Assembly: GCA_041082215.1 (NCBI GenBank)
Contig: JBDOIF010000043.1
Location: forward strand, 1 to 43,463
From: Anaerolineae bacterium
GTDB taxonomy: Bacteria > Chloroflexota > Anaerolineae > B4-G1 > DUEL01
DNA: 43,463 nucleotides
Direction: 5' to 3'
The position numbers and the translations under genes are program-made. Positions 9,339-17,075 of the stretch are shown here, piece by piece (the stretch's first letter is position 1; each line of letters opens with the position of its first letter). Under the pieces are notes generated by a model. The model saw nothing but the letters and a program-made list of their open reading frames with translations. It did no database searches and was not told the DNA's origin.

Positions 9339-9366
9339 ATTATATTTCAACGCGGGCGGGTGTCAA
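9339..9366 (-). promoter_or_regulatory. Consensus sigma70-type promoter of coaX
   Basis: Minus strand TTGACA (9366-9361), 16-bp spacer, TATAAT (9344-9339). Confidence 0.8.
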
Positions 9367-9383
9367 GGCGGATGTACGACACA

Positions 9384-9580
9384 GGTGTATTTCAGTTTGG
9401 GGGCGAGATGTCTCCGGCCCGGGCCGGACCTGGGGAAACACGAATGGCGCGAATGGAAACGAATACCGCAAGTGGCGCAGGTATCCCTCCTGTTTGCTGT
9501 ATTCGGGCCATTCGTGGGATTCGCGATCCACCGGCGAGCGGGAGGACCACTCGCCCCGAAATTGAAATGCGCCCCTACGG
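9384..9580. repeat. Nested inverted-repeat (REP-in-REP) element
   Basis: Outer arms 9385-9407 / 9550-9572, followed by GCGCCCCTAC; perfect 16-bp palindrome 9413-9428; inner arms 9439-9454 / 9501-9516 with 1 mismatch. Confidence 0.7.
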
Positions 9581-9583
9581 CAC

Positions 9584-9615
9584 AAAAGGAGGCGGGGTCC
9601 CGCGGAACCCCGCCT
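9584..9615 (-). terminator. Intrinsic terminator downstream of the panT-like gene
   Basis: Minus strand AGGCGGGGT-tccgcggg-ACCCCGCCT followed by CCTTTT. Confidence 0.65.
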
Positions 9616-9652
9616 GCCGTTGTTGGGAGGAAAGGGGGAGGGCCGGGCTGGG

Positions 9653-10195
9653 CTACAGCTTGGATTTGCCCGTGCCTGTTTCGATGCGCTTCCAGGCGAC
9701 CACCACCGCGACGACAATGATGCAGGCTACGATGATCTCAGGAATCCCGTGGGTCACGCCGACGGTCAGGGCGACACCCGGAGCCATATACCCCCGGACC
9801 GTCGCCATGGTCAGCACGAGGACGGTGTTGGTGAGCGTGCCAACGGTGGCGGCGACGATCAGCGCGACGTATTCATTGAACCGCTTGAGGCCCGCATAGG
9901 TGAAGTAGGCAGTGATGCCGATGAAGATACGGGGGAGAATGGCCACCAGAGGGTCTTTGAAGAGGGGGACTGTGGCCTGGAGGAAGCTGAAAATGCCGAA
10001 GATTGTGCCGATGACTCCCCCGACGAGCCAGCCCTCCATGATCCCGCCGATGATGGCCGGCACGTGCATGATGGTGGCATTTCCCGCTGCGGTGGGGACC
10101 GGGATGAAGCCGAGCCGGGTAGCGCCGAGGAGGATCGCGATGGCGGAGAGCACACCAGCGATCACGATCTTACGGACGGTGAAGCCCTTTTCCAT
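9653..10195 (-). CDS. panT: ECF transporter S component, PanT-like (pantothenate)
   Basis: 180-aa all-hydrophobic protein with LGFIPVP, TIMHVPAIIG, ILPRI and GTLTNTVLVL motifs; pantothenate gene context. Confidence 0.8.
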   Translation of the reverse strand: MEKGFTVRKIVIAGVLSAIAILLGATRLGFIPVPTAAGNATIMHVPAIIGGIMEGWLVGGVIGTIFGIFSFLQATVPLFKDPLVAILPRIFIGITAYFTYAGLKRFNEYVALIVAATVGTLTNTVLVLTMATVRGYMAPGVALTVGVTHGIPEIIVACIIVVAVVVAWKRIETGTGKSKL

Positions 10196-10404
10196 CTTGG
10201 TTTACCTCCCTTTCCGTTTAGGATTAGAGCCGATCTCCAGATGAGGAGACAGCCGCCAGGACTGAAGACAGAAAGAGGCAGGCTCATCAGCGGGCATTCC
10301 CCTCTCCTCCCCTGTGCGGTGATCTGCCAGCCCCTGCTCGCCGTTTTCTCCTCTCCTGCCTTCGATGCCTTCGCGAAAGGAATAACACCGCGCCACCCAT
10401 ACGG

Positions 10405-11625
10405 TCACGGCTGCACCACGCCCAGGTAACGCAGCATGGTAAGGACATACAACCGGGTGGCCTCGATGAGCTGGGCGATGTCCAGATATTCGTCTACCTG
10501 ATGGGGGATCTGTGTGTTTCCTGGCCCGCAGGTGACGATGGGAATACTGGCCCATGCATAGAGGATGGTCCCATCGGTGCTGCCCGGCACGCCGCCGTAG
10601 GTCGGCTCTTTCCCGGTGAGGTCGCGGTACGCCTCAGCCATTGTCTGGACCAGCGGCTCGTCCCGGGGCGTGGCGGTGGGGGGCCTGCTGTCCAGCACCT
10701 CCATGGTGAACTCCGCCTCCGAATCGCGCTGGCCGTTCAGGATGGCCCGGATCTGGTCGGCGAGCCGTTCTGGCGACTGGCCGGGGATGAGGCGGATATC
10801 CAGCGTGAGGGTGCCCTCCCCTGGCATAACGTTGTTCTGGGGTTCCCCCGCCACGGGCGAACGGATGATGGTCGGTGTGATGCTGGGCTGCCCCAGGAAG
10901 GGGTGTGAACCGTGGGCCTCGATGGTGGCAGCCTCCAGCGCCTCCAGCTGGGTCAGTGCCCGTCCCAGCGGGTAGATGGGGTTGATCCCTTCCAGAGGCA
11001 TGCAGCCGTGGGACATTTTGCCTTTTGCGGCGATGCGTACCCACATCACCCCTTTCTGAGCGATGCAGAGGCGATTGTCCTCCGGCTCGCAGATCACGGC
11101 GGCGCTCACTCTCTCCGCCCAGCCCTGCCGGACAAAGTGCTTCACCCCCAGCATCAGCCCCTCTTCATCGGCCAGGGCGCCCAGAAGGACGTTCCCCTTC
11201 AGCCGAACGCCGCTTTCGATGACCGCTTTCATCGCGCAGAGGGCGGCCACCAGCCCCCCCTTCATGTCACAGGAGCCGCGCCCGTAAATCCTGCCGTCTG
11301 CAACCTCGCCGCCGAAGGGGTCGTACTTCCATTGGGACCGATCCCCTTCGGTGACCACGTCTGTATGCCCCTCGAACATCAGGGTCTTCTCCCCTTCACC
11401 CTCCAGGACAGCGATCACGTTGGGCCGGCCCGGCGCTGCCTCCTCCCAGTGGGGGGATAGCTCCATCTCCTCCAGCCGCTCCCGAATCCACCGGGCCGCC
11501 TGCTCTTCTGTCTCCCCCTTCTCCGGACGGTAGACGCTGGGGATGCGGACCAGCTCCTGGGTCCATCGGACCACTTCATCGGGATTGATCAGTCGGAGGA
11601 CCTGTTGTTCCAGTTGGGTTAGCAT
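10405..11625 (-). CDS. M20 family metallo-amidohydrolase (ArgE/DapE-like)
   Basis: EGHTDVV, GRGSCDMKGG, DEEG, CEP, SHG and HQVDE metal ligand motifs. Confidence 0.9.
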   Translation of the reverse strand: MLTQLEQQVLRLINPDEVVRWTQELVRIPSVYRPEKGETEEQAARWIRERLEEMELSPHWEEAAPGRPNVIAVLEGEGEKTLMFEGHTDVVTEGDRSQWKYDPFGGEVADGRIYGRGSCDMKGGLVAALCAMKAVIESGVRLKGNVLLGALADEEGLMLGVKHFVRQGWAERVSAAVICEPEDNRLCIAQKGVMWVRIAAKGKMSHGCMPLEGINPIYPLGRALTQLEALEAATIEAHGSHPFLGQPSITPTIIRSPVAGEPQNNVMPGEGTLTLDIRLIPGQSPERLADQIRAILNGQRDSEAEFTMEVLDSRPPTATPRDEPLVQTMAEAYRDLTGKEPTYGGVPGSTDGTILYAWASIPIVTCGPGNTQIPHQVDEYLDIAQLIEATRLYVLTMLRYLGVVQP

Positions 11626-11651
11626 GACCTGCTCCTTGTGCTCATAGGGGT

Positions 11652-12509
11652 TTAAAAGGGAAAGGCGTTGCGGAAGATCGTCATCGCGGCCGAGAAGGCC
11701 AGCATGGTGAAATAGGCGACATAATCCGCGCGTGAGAAGCGGAATTTGACCAGTTTGGTGCGTTTGCGCCCTCCGATATAGCAGCGGGCCTGCATGGCCA
11801 GGATCAGGTCCTCGGCCCGACGGAAGGCGTCTATGAACAGGGGAACGATCAGCACAATGACCTGACGGGTCGTCTGAATGAACTGGAGCTTCCCCTTGGT
11901 GCCAAGGTCAGCACCCCGCGAGGCCTGGGCCTTCATGATGATTTCCAACTGCTCGGCCAGGATGGGTACAAAGCGGAGGGCGGTCGTCCCCACCAGGGCC
12001 AGCTCGTGGCCGGGCACGCCGATCTTGGAGAAGGGGGAGAGCATCGCCTCCATGCCGTTGGTGAGGTCCGAGGTGGTGGTCGTGTTGGTGAGGAGGCTGG
12101 TCAGGAAGAGCAGTTCCAGGAACCGGAGGGTGGAGATAATGACCAGTTGGACGCTCCCGTTGGTGATGTGGATCCAGCCCCAGCGGAGAATGGTCTGCGA
12201 TTCGGCGTTGTAGGGAATGTACGCATCTCCGTAGAAAAGCAACTGCAGGATCGCCAGCACCACGATGAAGGGAATAGCTGGCTTGACCCCGGAGAGGATG
12301 TATTTGAGTGAGATCTTGGAAAGAAGCACAAACCCCAGGCAGGCCAGAAGGAGGATCACGTTGGCCATATAGGAGATATTGAAGGTGATGGCGATGATCA
12401 CAAAGAGCGTGATGGAAATCTTGGCCCGTGGGTCCAGCCGGTGGACCAGGGAATCGCCGGGCAGGTACTGGCCGATCGTTATGTTGCGGAGGAATTCAAA
12501 ATCTTCCAT
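11652..12509 (-). CDS. ecfT: ECF transporter transmembrane T component
   Basis: GQY-x-PGDS-x-x-H-x-LDPRAK, LRFVP, AQASRG, AMQARCY. Confidence 0.92.
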   Translation of the reverse strand: MEDFEFLRNITIGQYLPGDSLVHRLDPRAKISITLFVIIAITFNISYMANVILLLACLGFVLLSKISLKYILSGVKPAIPFIVVLAILQLLFYGDAYIPYNAESQTILRWGWIHITNGSVQLVIISTLRFLELLFLTSLLTNTTTTSDLTNGMEAMLSPFSKIGVPGHELALVGTTALRFVPILAEQLEIIMKAQASRGADLGTKGKLQFIQTTRQVIVLIVPLFIDAFRRAEDLILAMQARCYIGGRKRTKLVKFRFSRADYVAYFTMLAFSAAMTIFRNAFPF

Positions 12510-13357
12510 ATGGCTTCTTTCCCTTCCTGGACGCTGATGACCGTTGTCGGGGGAAGCTTGCCCCGCTGTGCCAGTTCGTGGACGATCTCGGTGATCTGAG
12601 GGACGCCGAGGCCGTAGCGGACCAGTTCTTCGGGACGGGAGAAGACCTCGCGGGTCGTCCCGCTCATCACCGTGCGCCCGTCGTCAATGACGTAGACCCG
12701 GTCCACCAGCTCCGCCACGTCCTCCATATTGGGGGAGACAAAGATCACGGTAAGGCCGTATTCTTCGTGGAGTCGGCTGATGTGCCCCAAAAGCTCCTTG
12801 CGGCTCCTGGGGTCCACACCGGAGGTGGATTCGTCCAGGATGAGGACTTTGGGCCGGAGGGCCAGGACGCCAGCGATGGCAGCCTTCCGCATCTCGCCGC
12901 CGCTGAGGGTAAAAGTGTAGCGGTCCTTGAAGGCCTCAAAGCTCAGCCCCACCATCTCCATCGCCTCCCGCACCCGCTCCCGCACCTCGTCCATCGGGAG
13001 TCCCATCTTGAGGGGGCCGAAGGCTACGTCGTCTCCCACGAACCGCTCGAAGAGCTGCTGTTCGGGGTACTGGAAGACCAGCCCCACCTTCTGCCGCAAC
13101 GCCCGGATGTCAACGGCGGGATCGGCCAGGTCCACCCCGTCCACGATGACCTTCCCCCGTTCCCGGGGGCGGATCAGGCCGTTGAAGTGCTGGACAATGG
13201 TGGATTTTCCCGCACCGGTCCGTCCGATGATCCCCACCGCCTCGCCGGGGTAGATTTCCATCGTCACCCCTTTGAGGGCCGTCACCTCCAGAGGGGTGCC
13301 CCGCAGGTAGTTGTGGTGCAGGTCGTTGACCTGGATGATCGGCTCTCTACCCTCCAT
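12479..13357 (-). CDS. ecfA2: ECF transporter ATPase A'
   Basis: GRTGAGKST, VFQYPEQQLF, LSGGE, ILDES. Confidence 0.9.
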   Translation of the reverse strand: MEGREPIIQVNDLHHNYLRGTPLEVTALKGVTMEIYPGEAVGIIGRTGAGKSTIVQHFNGLIRPRERGKVIVDGVDLADPAVDIRALRQKVGLVFQYPEQQLFERFVGDDVAFGPLKMGLPMDEVRERVREAMEMVGLSFEAFKDRYTFTLSGGEMRKAAIAGVLALRPKVLILDESTSGVDPRSRKELLGHISRLHEEYGLTVIFVSPNMEDVAELVDRVYVIDDGRTVMSGTTREVFSRPEELVRYGLGVPQITEIVHELAQRGKLPPTTVISVQEGKEAIWKILNSSAT

Positions 13358-14214
13358 CAGCGCACCCTCCCATTTCGCCGGCAGACCTCTTCCACGACCT
13401 CCTGGACGGTGAGGAGGTCGGGTGGGAAGTCGGGCCTCAGTTTGTGGAGCTCGTAGGCTACCTCGGTGGGCTGGGGCACATCCAGCATCAGCTCCCGCAG
13501 CGCCTCCACCTGACTGAACACCTCGCGGGGCGTGCCCTCCATCACAATACGCCCTGCCTCCATCACGATCACCCGGTTCCCCTCCGTGGCCTCGTGCATA
13601 AAGTGGGTGATGGCGATGACCGTGATCCCCTCTTCCTGATTCAGCCGCCGCACCGCCTTCAGCACCTCATTCCTGCCAACGGGGTCCAGCATGGCGGTGG
13701 ATTCGTCCAGGACCAGCACGTCGGGCTTCATGGCCATCACACCGGCGATAGCCACCCGCTGCTTCTGACCGGCGGAAAGGCGGTGGGGCGCCCGGTGGCG
13801 GTAGGGCAGCATGTCCACCACGCCGAGGGCCCACTCGACCCGCCGTTCGATCTCCTCGGGAGGAAGCCCCAGGTTCTCGGGGCCAAAAGCTACGTCGTGT
13901 TCCACCAGGGTGGCGACGATCTGATTGTCGGGGATCTGGAACACCATCCCCACGCTGCTGCGGATGTCCAGGGTGTGCTGGGGGTCTTTTGTGTTCATCC
14001 CCTTCACCCAGACGTCCCCTTCTGTGGGCAGGAGCAGGGCGTTCAGATGCTTGGCCAGGGTGGATTTGCCGGACCCGTTGTGCCCGACGATCACGAGGTA
14101 GTCCCCCCGATAGAGGGAGAGGTTGATGTTGCGGAGGGCGATGATGGGGTTTGCCGATTCGGCGTTGTAGGCGAAGGTTACGTTCTCCACTCGAATGATG
14201 GGTTCTTCGGACAA
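13357..14214 (-). CDS. ecfA1: ECF transporter ATPase A
   Basis: GHNGSGKST, VFQIPDNQIV, LSAGQKQR, VLDESTAMLDP; TTG start. Confidence 0.9.
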   Translation of the reverse strand: MSEEPIIRVENVTFAYNAESANPIIALRNINLSLYRGDYLVIVGHNGSGKSTLAKHLNALLLPTEGDVWVKGMNTKDPQHTLDIRSSVGMVFQIPDNQIVATLVEHDVAFGPENLGLPPEEIERRVEWALGVVDMLPYRHRAPHRLSAGQKQRVAIAGVMAMKPDVLVLDESTAMLDPVGRNEVLKAVRRLNQEEGITVIAITHFMHEATEGNRVIVMEAGRIVMEGTPREVFSQVEALRELMLDVPQPTEVAYELHKLRPDFPPDLLTVQEVVEEVCRRNGRVR

Positions 14215-14258
14215 ATAGCACCCCCTTTTTTCGCTGTGGGTATCCGTTCAGTCTGTGG

Positions 14259-15239
14259 TTATCCTCCCACTGATCCAAGGTCGCCGGGGGCCGGGATACC
14301 CCCCAGGGAGGAGGCCCTGGTGACAGCGCGGACGACGGCCTCCGCCATCGCTTCGGCGGCGAAAGCGCCCAGGATGCTCACGTCCGGCCTTTCTTCTGCT
14401 TCTCCTGTTGCCAGGGCGAAGATCGCGTCCCCATCCCACATTGTGTGGATGGGGCGGATGGTGCGCGCCAGCCCGTCGTGGGCCATCTGGGCCATCTTGT
14501 TCGCTTCCTCTTTGCTCAGGCGGGCGTTAGTGGCGACAACCCCGATCGTGGTGTTCGTGGCGGGGAAGCCCCGTGCCGCACCGGCCAGCCCATGGCGGAG
14601 GGCCTGCATCGTATCCAGGAATCGGCCGCTCTGGGGATCGCGCGTGCCGGCCAGGATTTGGCCGGTCTGGGGGTCCACCACGTCGCCGAAGGCGTTGACG
14701 GCGACCAGGGCAGCCACGATGATGGGGCCCAGGTGGATGCTGGCCGTGCCCACCCCGGACTTGGTGGCGTAGAAGGGGCCGAGAAGCTTCCCCACCGTGG
14801 CCCCGGTGCCCGCTCCTACCGAGCCTTCGGCCACAGGGCCATCGGTGGCCGCTTCGCAGGCGGCGTAGCCAGCGGCCGCATTGGGGCGGGCGGAGGGGCT
14901 GCCGATGGTGAGGTCGAACAGGACGGCGGCGGGGACGATGGGGACTCTGGCGACGCCCGTGTCGAACCCTATCCCCCGCTCCTCCAGGAAGCGCATCACC
15001 CCGCCGGCAGCGTCCAGGCCAAAGGCGCTGCCTCCGGCCAGCAGAACAGCGTGGACCTCCTGTACCAGGCGGGTGGGGCGCATCAGGTCGGTCTCCCGGG
15101 TACCCGGCGCAGAGCCACGCACGTCCACCCCGGCGACGGCTCCCTGAGGGCAGAGGACCACTGTGCAACCGGTGATTCCGTTCAGGTCTGTGTAATGGCC
15201 AACCCGGATCCCCCGGATATCTGTGATACCGTTGCCCAT
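14259..15239 (-). CDS. P1 (DmpA/ThnT-like) autoproteolytic amidohydrolase
   Basis: ITDI-x-GIRVGH, RGSAPGTRETD, GGSAFGL, VPIVP, GAGTGA, NTT (Thr nucleophile type), HTMWDGD; AGGAG RBS before ATG 15239. Confidence 0.88.
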   Translation of the reverse strand: MGNGITDIRGIRVGHYTDLNGITGCTVVLCPQGAVAGVDVRGSAPGTRETDLMRPTRLVQEVHAVLLAGGSAFGLDAAGGVMRFLEERGIGFDTGVARVPIVPAAVLFDLTIGSPSARPNAAAGYAACEAATDGPVAEGSVGAGTGATVGKLLGPFYATKSGVGTASIHLGPIIVAALVAVNAFGDVVDPQTGQILAGTRDPQSGRFLDTMQALRHGLAGAARGFPATNTTIGVVATNARLSKEEANKMAQMAHDGLARTIRPIHTMWDGDAIFALATGEAEERPDVSILGAFAAEAMAEAVVRAVTRASSLGGIPAPGDLGSVGG

Positions 15240-15292
15240 AGCACCTCTCCTGTACACGTCTGGATTCCGAGGGGAGAACAAACTGCGGGGAT

Positions 15293-15335
15293 AGTCGTCT
15301 GTCGACATTATACTACAGACAATGCAATCCGTCAA
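15293..15335 (-). promoter_or_regulatory. Promoter of the P1-ECF-M20-panT operon with overlapping operator box
   Basis: Minus strand TTGACG (15335-15330), 17-bp spacer, TATAAT (15312-15307), running directly into the TGTCGACA palindrome (15300-15307). Confidence 0.8.
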
Positions 15336-15344
15336 GCAGGTTGA

Positions 15345-15391
15345 TTGACAACGGCCAGAAAGCATGATACACTATATGTCGACTGTAGACA
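15345..15391 (+). promoter_or_regulatory. Promoter of gntR-panB-panE with overlapping operator box
   Basis: TTGACA (15345-15350), 17-bp spacer, extended TG-n-TACACT (15365-15373), then TGTCGACTGTAGACA (15377-15391). Confidence 0.8.
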
Positions 15392-15432
15392 AATTGTTGG
15401 GCGACTCCCCCCTCTCCCCTGGGCGGTGAGAA

Positions 15433-16125
15433 ATGAGCAATGAAGAGCTGACCCTTCCCAAGGTCTCGTACAGGTCCCTGCGGGTCGCGGCCTACGCCGC
15501 GATCCGCGAAGCGATCCTCGCCGGGCAGCTTAAGCCAGGCGAGCGCCTCGTCGAGGCGGAGCTGGCGCAGCAGTTGGGCATCAGCCGTGCCCCTGTGCGG
15601 GAGGCGATCCGACAGCTGGAGTCGGAGGGGCTGGTCGTCGGCCTCCCCCATCGGGGCGCCTTCGTGGTCCGGCTCTCCCCGCAGGACCTCTGGGAAATCT
15701 ACACCCTTCGCGCCGCCGTGGAAGGCCTGGCCGTCCGGCTGGTGGCCTCTGCTCCCGACCCGGAGGTGATGCAGAGGCTGGAGGAGCTGGTCCATCGGAT
15801 GCGGGAAGCGGCCAGGAAGGATCAGAGAAAAGAGCTTCCCCGCCTCGACCTCCTCTTCCACGAGACGATCTGCCAGGCCGCCGGCCACCGTCGGCTTCTT
15901 GAAGCCTGGCAGGGCATGTATGCCCAGGTCCAGATGTTCATCTCCATCAGCGGCCACTACGAGGTCCCTCCCCAACAACTGGTAGCTTACCACGAAGAGG
16001 TCCTGGAGGCAATCCGCAAAGCAGACCCGGGGCGGGCCGAAAGGCTGCTCAGGGAGCATATCCTGACGGTGGGTGAGCGCATCGTCGCCACGCTGCAGGC
16101 AAAGGGGAATGAGGAGCAAGGATAA
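15433..16125 (+). CDS. GntR family regulator with FCD domain
   Basis: wHTH LKPGERLVEAELAQQLGISRAPVREAIRQLESEGLV; FCD motifs RAAVEG, DLLFH, H-x-x-VLEAI. Confidence 0.93.
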   Translation: MSNEELTLPKVSYRSLRVAAYAAIREAILAGQLKPGERLVEAELAQQLGISRAPVREAIRQLESEGLVVGLPHRGAFVVRLSPQDLWEIYTLRAAVEGLAVRLVASAPDPEVMQRLEELVHRMREAARKDQRKELPRLDLLFHETICQAAGHRRLLEAWQGMYAQVQMFISISGHYEVPPQQLVAYHEEVLEAIRKADPGRAERLLREHILTVGERIVATLQAKGNEEQG

Positions 16126-16176
16126 GGGTGCGGCTGGTAAAACCGCTCTACAGACTGATTTTATGGAGGCAGAAGC

Positions 16177-17025
16177 ATGGAGCGCAAGAAAGTAACGATC
16201 GTTGACCTTCAGGAGAAGAAGGAACGGAGGGAGCCGATCACGATGGTCACCGCCTATGATTACCCGACCGGCCTTCTTGTAGACCAGGCAGGAATTGATA
16301 TCGTCCTCGTTGGGGACTCGCTGGCGATGGTGGTGCTGGGGCACGAGAACACCGTCGAGGTCACGATGGAGGAGATGCTCCATCACTGCAAGGCGGTCGC
16401 CCGCGGGGCCAGGTATCCTCTCCTGGTGGGGGATATGCCCTTTATGTCCTATCAGGTCCACCGCCGGGAGGCGATCCGCAACGCCGGCCGTTTCCTCAAG
16501 GAGGGCCGGATGGACGTGGTGAAGCTGGAGGGCGGCCTGGAAATGGCTGAGACGGTGAAGGCCATCGTGGATGCGGGGATCCCGGTGATGGGGCACATCG
16601 GACTGACCCCCCAGACGATCTCGAAGCTCGGGGGGTTCAGGGTGCAGGGCAAGAGCGTCGAGGCGGCCAGGAAGCTTGTGGAGGACGCCCGCGCACTGGA
16701 AGAGGCAGGGGCTTTCGCCATCATCCTCGAAGCTGTCCCCGACCGGCTGGCTGCTCTGATCACCGAACGGGTGCGCGTGCCCACCATCGGCATCGGCGCG
16801 GGCCCTCACTGCGATGGCCAGGTGCTCGTCCTCCACGATATGATCGGCCTCTTCGACCGCTTTACCCCCAAGTTCGTCAAGCGGTACGCCAATATCTTTC
16901 CCATCGTTGTGGAAGCTCTGACCCGGTACAGGCAGGAGGTACTGGATGGGACCTTCCCCCAGCCGGAGCACTGCTTCACGATGAAGGATGAGGTGTACGA
17001 GGCGCTGCTGGCGGAGCTGGGGTGA
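16177..17025 (+). CDS. panB: 3-methyl-2-oxobutanoate hydroxymethyltransferase
   Basis: TAYD, LVGDSL, DMPF, VKLEGG, GHIGLTPQ, IGIGAG, DGQVLV. Confidence 0.96.
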   Translation: MERKKVTIVDLQEKKERREPITMVTAYDYPTGLLVDQAGIDIVLVGDSLAMVVLGHENTVEVTMEEMLHHCKAVARGARYPLLVGDMPFMSYQVHRREAIRNAGRFLKEGRMDVVKLEGGLEMAETVKAIVDAGIPVMGHIGLTPQTISKLGGFRVQGKSVEAARKLVEDARALEEAGAFAIILEAVPDRLAALITERVRVPTIGIGAGPHCDGQVLVLHDMIGLFDRFTPKFVKRYANIFPIVVEALTRYRQEVLDGTFPQPEHCFTMKDEVYEALLAELG

Positions 17026-17075
17026 GACGCGGGGAGGGGGTGATGCGGGGACGCGGAGATACGGAGGGAGAAGCA

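Noticed and set aside
10276..10292. CUGAUGAG on the - strand, resembling a hammerhead core or the 3' end of a fluoride riboswitch
   Set aside because: No correctly placed stem II/GAAA for a hammerhead, and no GGCGAUGG…CGCC 5' element for a fluoride riboswitch.
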